Below, piece after piece: positions 1 through 6,672 of a DNA stretch of 50,923 nucleotides. The stretch covers positions 1 through 50,923 of the IMG/VR virus record IMGVR_UViG_3300023181_000011; one strand, written 5' to 3'. The DNA comes from a virus (Duplodnaviria > Caudoviricetes). The translations under genes were made by a program, and so were the position numbers. The notes under the pieces were generated by a model, which saw only the letters and a program-made list of their open reading frames with translations, was not told the DNA's origin and ran no database searches. Position 1 is the stretch's first letter. Each line of letters opens with the position of its first letter.

Positions 1-127
1 ACAAAACGCTTGATCTTCCTCGATCATTAGGATTTCAAACGTTGCCTGCTTTTCACTGCCGTGGGTGTTGTTGTAGTACTTATCACCAACTTGAGGCTGT
101 TGCAACTTCTTGATCTCGGCCTTTGCG
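1..127. repeat. Terminal 127-bp direct repeat (copy 1); most likely k-mer assembly overlap of a circularly permuted contig
   Basis: 1-127 is identical to 50797-50923, lies inside a coding region, and the ORF reads in frame across the join. Confidence 0.95.
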
Positions 128-393
128 GCGTCGATGATAGATTGAGCTTCCGCGATGGCCGCAGTCTTCTGGGCGATCAGGTCGTCGACTGATTCAACGA
201 GGAAATCGAAGTCTTCGGGGTTGTAACCACCGTCCATTTGCCTTTGAGGCTTGTCCCAGATAATGGTGATCCATTGATCTTTGGTGTACCTTTCCCCTAC
301 AGTGCCTTTGTCTCCTGGATTAGCGGAAGTCGCCGCACCCGTAAAGCCTTTTACGTTGGCAACCACACGGTCGCCGGGTTTAAACTTTGACAT
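1..393 (-). CDS. Early hypothetical protein, N-terminal part (158 aa in total; continues through the overlap to the stop at 50713)
   Basis: GGAGG RBS then ATG at 393 (MSKFKPGDRVV...), open to base 1, in frame with ORF 50713..50901. Confidence 0.85.
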   Translation of the reverse strand, partial: MSKFKPGDRVVANVKGFTGAATSANPGDKGTVGERYTKDQWITIIWDKPQRQMDGGYNPEDFDFLVESVDDLIAQKTAAIAEAQSIIDAAKAEIKKLQQPQVGDKYYNNTHGSEKQATFEILMIEEDQAFC

Positions 394-523
394 CGGTATG
401 CCTCCGGAGCCACTTCACGAAGTGCTCATTGGTTAAATGTTGTTGCCACTCACGCTCGGTGAGCTGGTCAGATTGACGACAGGCCCAGATCAGATCGTAG
501 CGGTTGCTGATGCGTCTGGTCAC
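380..523 (-). CDS. Small early hypothetical protein (47 aa, MTRRISNRYDLIWAC...)
   Basis: GTGA overlap with the stop of 520..864; fills the gap exactly; read manually. Confidence 0.6.
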   Translation of the reverse strand: MTRRISNRYDLIWACRQSDQLTEREWQQHLTNEHFVKWLRRHTDVKV

Positions 524-864
524 GAAGCGCTTCGATATGTGCAACGTTCAAAGAACGTATTAATATCCACCCGCCTTGGCGTTTTGCTGGCTTCCAAGAA
601 GATGATATGTGTTTCATCAACGTAGACGACGGTAACAGTATTCTTGCCGCCGTAATGTGTCTCCCAAGCCCACTTAGAGCCGATTTCGAGCTTTTCACGG
701 GCCAACAGCTTTTCAAGTCTGCTAACTTCAGCTTTCAAGCCTGCCACAACCAACCTATTTTGGTCGTACGCCTTTTTGGATTCACGGGCTGCGTCGTTCG
801 CAGGGGTGAGTTTGGCTTTAACGTCGGCCAAGTCTTGACGATGTTGATCGTTCGGGTTAAGCAA
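520..864 (-). CDS. Early hypothetical protein, coiled coil plus small beta domain
   Basis: GGAGG RBS, tight packing with neighbours, phage-like composition. Confidence 0.8.
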   Translation of the reverse strand: MLNPNDQHRQDLADVKAKLTPANDAARESKKAYDQNRLVVAGLKAEVSRLEKLLAREKLEIGSKWAWETHYGGKNTVTVVYVDETHIIFLEASKTPRRVDINTFFERCTYRSAS

Positions 865-1045
865 GGCACCCTCCGCGCATCCCGTGCACGCTGAGGTGCT
901 TCAGGGTTGCCTTACAGGCGTCAGCCTCGCCTTCACGCACCTTGGTCATGCGCTTGCCGTCCTTGACGTACTCAGCGCGGCTTGGGGCCGGAACAGTGAC
1001 CGTCTTGCCGGTGGAACGGTCGGTAACAGTGAAACGAATGGACAT
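857..1045 (-). CDS. Early hypothetical protein (62 aa)
   Basis: AAGG before the ATG, overlaps the next gene; its start codon overlaps the 11-mer motif. Confidence 0.7.
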   Translation of the reverse strand: MSIRFTVTDRSTGKTVTVPAPSRAEYVKDGKRMTKVREGEADACKATLKHLSVHGMRGGCLA

Positions 1046-1173
1046 GATAGATCGCCTTATTCTGATTAACTACGAACGGAATGTGCGTAGGGTAGAGGGC
1101 CTGCTGTTCAGGGGTGCGTATTGCCACTGTCGCAGTCGGGTTTGCCTGTGAGGCCCTCAACGCTAAGCACACG

Positions 1174-1201
1174 AAAGGGGCCAGCCATTACAGCCAGCCC
1201 C
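1174..1201 (-). terminator. Possible intrinsic terminator (GC hairpin, short U tract)
   Basis: GGGGCTGGCT-GTAAT-GGCTGGCCCC followed by TTT on -; contains G-U pairs. Confidence 0.45.
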
Positions 1202-1233
1202 CATGTGTTAGGCGCGTATTTAGACGCGCTAAA

Positions 1234-1299
1234 TCATAACCAATCTCCCTCACTCGGGTTATACGCCATTACCATCGGGCGGGGCAGTTTACGGAGCAT
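1234..1299 (-). CDS. Micro-ORF, 21 aa (MLRKLPRPMVMAYNPSEGDWL)
   Basis: AAGGAG RBS 7 nt before the ATG. Confidence 0.5.
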   Translation of the reverse strand: MLRKLPRPMVMAYNPSEGDWL

Positions 1300-1338
1300 T
1301 GCCCAGCTCCTTCTCTCTGTGTGTTTATGGCCGGTTAT

Positions 1339-1407
1339 TCACGCATACCGGGAAACGTATAGCCCATGTGCAATGGGCCTCGTACATTCGTATAGGATGA
1401 GTTTCAT
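1339..1407 (-). CDS. Micro-ORF, 22 aa (MKLILYECTRPIAHGLYVSRYA)
   Basis: AAGGA RBS 6 nt before the ATG, just downstream of the tRNA. Confidence 0.45.
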   Translation of the reverse strand: MKLILYECTRPIAHGLYVSRYA

Positions 1408-1450
1408 ATCTTATCCTTTAGGCAGGAGGAACGCTCCGTCCTGCAATGGT

Positions 1451-1534
1451 TGGTGAGAGCACGGGGGATCGAACCCCGAAGGACTAGCCAGCAGATTTTA
1501 AGTCTGCCGCGTTTACCAGTTTCGCCATGCTCTC
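1451..1534 (-). tRNA. tRNA-Leu(UAA) with encoded CCA
   Basis: Acceptor GAGAGCA/TGCTCTC-A-CCA, D loop TGGTAA, anticodon arm GCAGA-CTTAAAA-TCTGC, long variable arm, T arm CGGGG-TTCGATC-CCCCG. Confidence 0.95.
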
Positions 1535-1565
1535 ATAGAGGTGTATTTACCCTTGGTGAAAGAAG

Positions 1566-1593
1566 ATTATATCACAGATTTGTGATTTGTCAA
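1566..1593 (-). promoter_or_regulatory. sigma70 promoter for the tRNA and downstream early genes
   Basis: TTGACA-16 nt-TATAAT on -; the spacer holds the inverted repeat ATCACA-N4-TGTGAT. Confidence 0.85.
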
Positions 1594-1597
1594 CCCC

Positions 1598-1717
1598 TTA
1601 TGTGAGGAAACGCCACAAATCACGGACGATGATGGCCCACATAAGCAGGAAAGGGGTTCCGCCAAGGGCGGCTAAGACACCCCAGCACACCTTTTCAAAC
1701 GTGCTGAAACTGTTCAT
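1598..1717 (-). CDS. Small membrane protein (39 aa, MNSFSTFEKVCWGVLAALGG...)
   Basis: ATGA overlap with the upstream gene; hydrophobic stretch. Confidence 0.6.
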   Translation of the reverse strand: MNSFSTFEKVCWGVLAALGGTPFLLMWAIIVRDLWRFLT

Positions 1718-1968
1718 CCCGGGGCTCCCCCACACAGTTGATGAAAGCCGTCAGGCGACGTACGGGGCATCATCCCGTATTCGCTGTTCATGTACGGCAC
1801 GAAGTACTGACAGCCAGTGTCCCCATCGACCCAGATATACAGGCCACGGGGCGCAAGCTCTTCCTTCTGAGCCGCTTCAGTGCGGGCAGACACCTCTTGG
1901 GCCGTAGGAGGCGCACAGGAGGCCAGCAAAGCAGCACAGACAGCTGCCAGCACGATGCCCCGCTTCAT
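1714..1968 (-). CDS. Lipoprotein, DUF6440-like
   Basis: Signal peptide with lipobox LASC; IWVDGDTGCQY...G..P..pDG motif. Confidence 0.75.
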   Translation of the reverse strand: MKRGIVLAAVCAALLASCAPPTAQEVSARTEAAQKEELAPRGLYIWVDGDTGCQYFVPYMNSEYGMMPRTSPDGFHQLCGGAPG

Positions 1969-2126
1969 GCCGCTTGAGCCTGAAGCAGCTGTGCGATCTC
2001 GCCACGCGACAGCTGATTGATGACCATGCCACGGAAGGCGTTCGGGTTGCTGTGGCTGAACCAGTGCTTGCCGTCACGCAGCACCACGTATAGACGGCCT
2101 TGCTTAAAGGCCTTGAGTTCACGCAT
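1965..2126 (-). CDS. Early hypothetical protein (MRELKAFK...; an alternative start exists at 2165)
   Basis: AGGAG RBS before the ATG at 2126; ATGA overlap with the next gene. Confidence 0.7.
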   Translation of the reverse strand: MRELKAFKQGRLYVVLRDGKHWFSHSNPNAFRGMVINQLSRGEIAQLLQAQAA

Positions 2127-2279
2127 AGTCACTTCTCCTGAAAAGAGGGGCGTAAGGCGGGCCATGATAGATCGCCTAATAAAAAATGATCAGCCTTTTT
2201 AAGCCATGCTGAGGGCTAGGTGTGAGGTCCGGTTACCTTTCTCACTCAAGGCACCCTTATGTGCCTACGTGCGCCAGTC

Positions 2280-2921
2280 CTAGGCGGCGCGTCGTGCCTT
2301 CGCTTCGTCGCTGTTCAGGCCCAGTTCACGAGCCCGCCTTGCAGCGAACGCATTGATCTCAGTGGCCAGCACACGAAGTGCCGTCTCGTCGTCGTTCAGG
2401 TCGCCATTCTCGACGGCCTTGTCGATGGCCTTGGTGAACGAGCCGACACGGGCCAGAATGGTGGCCACGTCGAACGGATTGTTCTTCTCGCGGCGGTTCT
2501 TCTCCGACGCCAGTTCATAGAACGGTTCGGCGGTCGCAGCTTCGACGTTGTATTCGGTGTACGTCTTGGCCGTCGTCGGAAGCTGGCCCATGACACCGTC
2601 ACCGTTGACACGGATCGGGCTAAACTTGGCGGCCCATTCGAGCAGCGCAAGGCGGCGCGACTGAACGCCCTTGCCGAACACGACGCCGCCAGCCGTCTTG
2701 CAGTTGCCGACGAGTTGAGCGAACAAGGTGTAGTCGCCGAACGTGGCGGCGTGCGTCAGGCACTCGACGGCGATATTGTGGACCGTGATGTCGAATGAGC
2801 CGTCAGCGGTAATGAGGCTGACGATGTCTTTGACGAGGTCATCGCGGGTACGTTCCACGACAGGCACGACAACGAGGGCCGTCGATTCGCCGACAGCCGG
2901 TTTGTTTTTCTTGGAAGCCAT
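2280..2921 (-). CDS. Conserved early podophage protein of unknown function (213 aa)
   Basis: Strong GC3 codon bias; HA..fGD.T...L....R..ALxxW...F pattern seen in early genes of T7-like phages; ATG at 2921. Confidence 0.85.
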   Translation of the reverse strand: MASKKNKPAVGESTALVVVPVVERTRDDLVKDIVSLITADGSFDITVHNIAVECLTHAATFGDYTLFAQLVGNCKTAGGVVFGKGVQSRRLALLEWAAKFSPIRVNGDGVMGQLPTTAKTYTEYNVEAATAEPFYELASEKNRREKNNPFDVATILARVGSFTKAIDKAVENGDLNDDETALRVLATEINAFAARRARELGLNSDEAKARRAA

Positions 2922-2945
2922 TGTGTGATCTCTTTCACATAAGAT

Positions 2946-2970
2946 AGAAAAGCCTGACGGAAGTGTCAGG
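2946..2970 (-). terminator. Terminator-like hairpin just before the RBS of 2280..2921
   Basis: CCTGAC-ACTTCC-GTCAGG followed by CTTTTCT on -. Confidence 0.45.
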
Positions 2971-2989
2971 GTTGAGACCACAAAGGCGA

Positions 2990-3407
2990 ATGAATGGCTG
3001 CTATTGTCCGTTTGATGGGGCGTAAGGCAGGTGATGATAGATCGCCCTTATGGGCTCAACACTGACACTTGTGACACCGGCCTAACGCCAGCATGTCACT
3101 TGTCAGTGTCCCCTAGGTTAATGACACACACGTCAACCGTCACAACGGCATCACTAGGGGTTTGCGTTTGTGGCGGAGCGTCAGGCATCCACAAGGCACA
3201 GTGCTAGTGTGCGCTAGTGGTGACGGTTAAGCCAATCCCCTTTGGCAAGGGGGCGACTGCAACGAAGGGCCAAGCCCGTTCCGCTTCCCATGGTGGACGC
3301 CACACTTGGCTTTGTCCGGGGTTACGTACTTGAGCCGCTTAGGGCCTTCGCCAGTCTGACGTCGGGGAAGGGTTCAAGAACGCCCTTGCTTGCCGCCGTC
3401 GAGATTG
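2990..3407 (-). ncRNA. Candidate structured non-coding RNA or leader (unassigned)
   Basis: No credible ORF; many hairpins plus two long-range pseudoknot pairings (see findings). Confidence 0.55.
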
Positions 3408-3443
3408 AAAGCGCAAAAGGGGGCGCATTGGTTGCACCCCCTT
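3408..3443 (-). terminator. Intrinsic terminator after 3454..3867, possibly bidirectional
   Basis: AAGGGGGTGCA-ACCAA-TGCGCCCCCTT then TTGCGCTTT on -; a T run also follows on +. Confidence 0.65.
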
Positions 3444-3453
3444 CGCATCTTTT

Positions 3454-3867
3454 TTATTTATCGTTTAGATTCAGCGTCTTCCAACGCCCTTTTCCCTTCC
3501 GTTTCTTCACCGTCTCATGGGTCATGGCGTCAGTCCGATCACCGTCTAGGGCGAAGCGCTTAGAGGCTGACCCAGTGACACGATGATAGATCGAAGGGGC
3601 CAGCTTGCCCCCATCGCCCTCCATGCGTCCCACAAGGCCCTTTGGAGAGCCGTAACCGCGAGGCCCTTGGAAGCCGACGCCGTAGCTTCCCCCTTTGAGC
3701 CGTTCCCGACTGCACCCGCCACGATTGGAGACGGGACCGAAAGGAACAGGCTTGTCGCTTGACTGCACCGACTTGAGGTTAGCCAAGACGATTGCGTTAG
3801 TCCGTTGTTGGACTGCCTTGCCAATGCGCTTGTGCAGCTTAGTCCGTTGTCTGGATGACTGAGCCAT
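3454..3867 (-). CDS. Very basic (K/R/G-rich) early protein, 137 aa
   Basis: TAATG coupling puts the start at MAQSSRQRTKLHK rather than at 3948. Confidence 0.7.
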   Translation of the reverse strand: MAQSSRQRTKLHKRIGKAVQQRTNAIVLANLKSVQSSDKPVPFGPVSNRGGCSRERLKGGSYGVGFQGPRGYGSPKGLVGRMEGDGGKLAPSIYHRVTGSASKRFALDGDRTDAMTHETVKKRKGKGRWKTLNLNDK

Positions 3868-3962
3868 TACAGAACGCCCGTGAAGACGGCGACGGCTGAG
3901 ACAGCATAGGCAACGCCAAAGGCGAAGCTGTACTTGACGATACGCCAATCATTCTTAGTCAT
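3867..3962 (-). CDS. Micro membrane protein, 31 aa (MTKNDWRIVKYSFAFGVAYAVSAVAVFTGVL)
   Basis: AAGGA RBS; TAATG coupling to the next gene. Confidence 0.65.
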   Translation of the reverse strand: MTKNDWRIVKYSFAFGVAYAVSAVAVFTGVL

Positions 3963-4057
3963 TGTGTATATCCTTACACAGTATGAAACAGACACCTTGT
4001 GGTGACTGTTAGAGCTAGACGCTCTCTAAAGGCGTGACGGTGAAAGATGATAGATCG

Positions 4058-4135
4058 TTAGTCGTTGATGTTGAGGGCTGAACCGATAAACAGTGCGATG
4101 ACTGTTAGGCCAGCGACATAACTGAACAGTTGCAT
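4058..4135 (-). CDS. Micro membrane protein, 25 aa (MQLFSYVAGLTVIALFIGSALNIND)
   Basis: TAATG coupling with the upstream gene; hydrophobic. Confidence 0.55.
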   Translation of the reverse strand: MQLFSYVAGLTVIALFIGSALNIND

Positions 4136-4332
4136 TAGCATTTGTTGAGCGCCTTAGCCCATGTCTGAGCGGTTAGTAGAACGTCGTCTTTATCGTTGCC
4201 GTAATATGCAACGTCTTCCTGCCTCGCCTTGCTTAAGGTTGGGTCGGTTAGTCTGTATTCATTCCATTCTGGAAGCCATTTGACCGCAAGGCCAAGGGCT
4301 TTAACTTGTGTTGTCAGTTGTTGGTTAGTCAT
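4135..4332 (-). CDS. Probable first early gene, hypothetical protein (MTNQQLTTQVKALG...)
   Basis: AAGGGA RBS; NEYR...YY..DkdD...TA pattern. Confidence 0.75.
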   Translation of the reverse strand: MTNQQLTTQVKALGLAVKWLPEWNEYRLTDPTLSKARQEDVAYYGNDKDDVLLTAQTWAKALNKC

Positions 4333-4559
4333 GTGTTGTCCCTTAGCTGTCACGCCTTGAGGGAACGTCTAGTGTTGTTGAGTAGAGGCTTTAACAACGC
4401 ACCTTGTGCCTTGCCGCCTATACCATAACTCACAATGTCAAAGACCAATGAACCGCCGTCCGACGCTTCGATTGACCCATGATGCCCGATGATAGATCGC
4501 TTGTGTGTGAATCTTTTGTGACAATCCTTATCGACTAACGATAAACATTTATTGATTAC

Positions 4560-5250
4560 CAATGCGATGCTTGACTGTTGATGTCAGGCTTACCTTACAC
4601 ACCTGTTGCGTGTAGGTGTTACAATGTAGCATATGTGAATGGAATGAATGGGTTGGTTGTGCCCATGGTGTACAGTGTGCGTGTTTGACTACTCCAACGC
4701 CTCTGGCTGTACTGACATTACTATGGCCATGAACATGAGCCCACAGTGTATCCAACCCCGCCTATAGTTGACATTACTTGTAACACCACCATGATTACTT
4801 GAAAGTACTTGGGGGCACCCGGGGGGCTCGGGGGGTTCCTTGTTGTGCATATCACACCCCCACATTTTCTCAGAGAAATTCCCCCGATGTTTCCAACCCA
4901 ATGTAAAGCATACCTGACATCTGTGCCCACTTTGGGCCATACCATAACTAATTTAGACCCCTATGTACGATTTTACTTGACATCTACTTTAGAATATGTT
5001 ATAATATAGTTGTTATCAAGTCACCTACAATAAGAGCAACAGTAAACTGATAACAATTAACACTGTTAACCTGTTAGTTGATCAATTATCTTTTGTCTAT
5101 TAATTATCAGTCTTCTTACTGAAACAGTTTGCTTAGTAAGACCTGCAAGTGTAAGACACCAAGTGTAATCTCTTTAAGGGAAGTTCCCCTCTTTTTTGTC
5201 TCCCAGCTTTAACCGGCTTCGGTGATGGACCCAATTTTAAAAAGAAGGGA
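4560..5250. other. Non-coding divergence zone between the two arms; probable location of the physical genome termini
   Basis: Arms diverge here, no credible ORF, G-run cluster at 4811-4835, AT-rich 4970-5135. Confidence 0.55.
4977..5005 (+). promoter_or_regulatory. Consensus sigma70 promoter driving the structural arm
   Basis: TTGACA-17 nt-TATAAT with TGn extended -10. Confidence 0.9.
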
Positions 5251-5259
5251 TTTCTGTGA

Positions 5260-6672
5260 TTGGCCAAACAACCTGACATAAGCTCTTTAGCTTCCGGCTT
5301 TAGATCTTCAAACAAACTGAACGAAAACTTTGACGAGATCAAAGAGTCCTTCGAGAACACCCTAAGCCGTGACGGCTCGGGACCCAACGAAATGTTGGCT
5401 GTTCTTGATATGAATAGTCATCGAATCATTAACACTGCTGATCCCATCAACGGGACTGACGTTGTTAATCTGAACACCCTCCAAGACTACATCGGGGAAA
5501 TCAATGGTGACCCAGACGATGACCTAGACCAGATCCACCCGATCCAGCTGGACGGCCGTGTGTCGTCTAAGTACACCCTCAAGGGCTTTGACTTTGAAGA
5601 CGGTGTTTACTGGGACAACATGCTTTCCTTTGGGCCAAACCGCACATGGTTCCCCGGAACGAACGCACCCTTTGATGACCGTAACAAGAACTACGGTAAC
5701 CAAGCAATCACCTTCATCGACCTCAACCTTGAAGAGATGGGGGCCTTCGGTGTGTCTGGGCCAATCGTCGGGACCGTCCACAGCGATCCGCAGGCTGGGT
5801 CCGCGTATTACCCCAATCTGTTTTACATGATGTCCAATGACCTGTCCAGTGGTCGGATCGACTACGGTCCGTCTGCCTTGGCCTTCGGTGTAGACATCCT
5901 TCCCGGGGCCATGCTTAAGACTTACCTAGGCGTGAACCCCCACCCCTTCAGTCCGTCTGAACCCGTCAACCCCGCTGTCCCGGCCATCAAGAACCCAGTC
6001 ACTTGGCAATTCCTGAGGCACGAAGCAAACGACGGCATCACCACGTTCCGTGGTCGTTATCCGGGTCTTGACTTCGGTCAGATGTTCTTTAGGGACCTTG
6101 ACCTTTACTTCGGCACCCCCGGCCAAGCAATCGATCAGTACGGTCGAGCTAGGGCCATCTTCATGCCAATGGCCAACACACAGGCGGCCATCCGTGAAAC
6201 AAACTTCAACGACATGTTTGGTATCACAACCAACATTGACCCCGGAGCAACCGCACCCCGCAAGCTAGCTTACAGTGCTTGGGCTTGGTCTCTGGGTGGT
6301 GGTCTCGATCAGTACCGCGTTCAGCGTATGGCACCGAACGGTGTTGGCGGCTGGAAGCGGATGTTTGAAATCCTTGACGACGGTATCTTCAACAGCCGTG
6401 GTGCAGCGTTCCAAGCGACCGGAACAGCCAAGACTATGGGCATTTCGTCCCTTGTGTCGGGGACGGTCACTATCCCAACGACTGCCGCCAAATCCGGCTG
6501 TGTCGTGCTCATGTCTCGTCGGAACGCAGCGGGGACCATCGGGACCGACTTTAAGTACTCCTCCGTCGACAACACTTCCATCACCATCCAGTCGATTACC
6601 AGCACCGGCGCGGCTGCGGCGAGCGACACCAGCTCTGTCGGCTGGACCATCATCAATCAGTGTGACCTGTAA
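5260..6672 (+). CDS. Tail fibre/spike-like virion protein
   Basis: N-terminal LNENF..I...fENTLSR.G.GPN....LD.N anchor shared with 14041..14940; beta-rich C terminus. Confidence 0.7.
   Translation: MAKQPDISSLASGFRSSNKLNENFDEIKESFENTLSRDGSGPNEMLAVLDMNSHRIINTADPINGTDVVNLNTLQDYIGEINGDPDDDLDQIHPIQLDGRVSSKYTLKGFDFEDGVYWDNMLSFGPNRTWFPGTNAPFDDRNKNYGNQAITFIDLNLEEMGAFGVSGPIVGTVHSDPQAGSAYYPNLFYMMSNDLSSGRIDYGPSALAFGVDILPGAMLKTYLGVNPHPFSPSEPVNPAVPAIKNPVTWQFLRHEANDGITTFRGRYPGLDFGQMFFRDLDLYFGTPGQAIDQYGRARAIFMPMANTQAAIRETNFNDMFGITTNIDPGATAPRKLAYSAWAWSLGGGLDQYRVQRMAPNGVGGWKRMFEILDDGIFNSRGAAFQATGTAKTMGISSLVSGTVTIPTTAAKSGCVVLMSRRNAAGTIGTDFKYSSVDNTSITIQSITSTGAAAASDTSSVGWTIINQCDL

Larger units (their letters stand above)
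1044..4499 (-). repeat. Six dispersed co-oriented copies of ATGATAGATCG (CGATCTATCAT on -)
   Basis: Exact copies at 1044, 2164, 3034, 3583, 4047 and 4489. Confidence 0.95.

Noticed and set aside
3285-3300. TCCACCA on the - strand suggesting a (permuted) tmRNA or tRNA 3' end
   Set aside because: No T-arm (TTCRA) before it, no matching GGGG acceptor strand, no tag ORF
3330-3390. GCCCUAAGCG resembling a pistol ribozyme core
   Set aside because: The P1 hairpin and the conserved AAAUA linker are missing
1044-4499. CRISPR array or DGR interpretation of the repeats
   Set aside because: Repeats are 11 bp with 0.4-1.1 kb irregular spacing; there is no cas operon (the Cas4-like protein is the ordinary replication exonuclease) and no reverse transcriptase
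4811-4835. G-quadruplex
   Set aside because: Only three G-tracts; better explained as a terminus or packaging-region feature
4350-4945. ORF-track ORFs in the divergence zone
   Set aside because: Atypical composition, no RBS, mutually overlapping; treated as non-coding
5057-5069. CtrA box
   Set aside because: TTAA-N5-TTAA rather than the TTAA-N7-TTAA consensus, in AT-rich sequence
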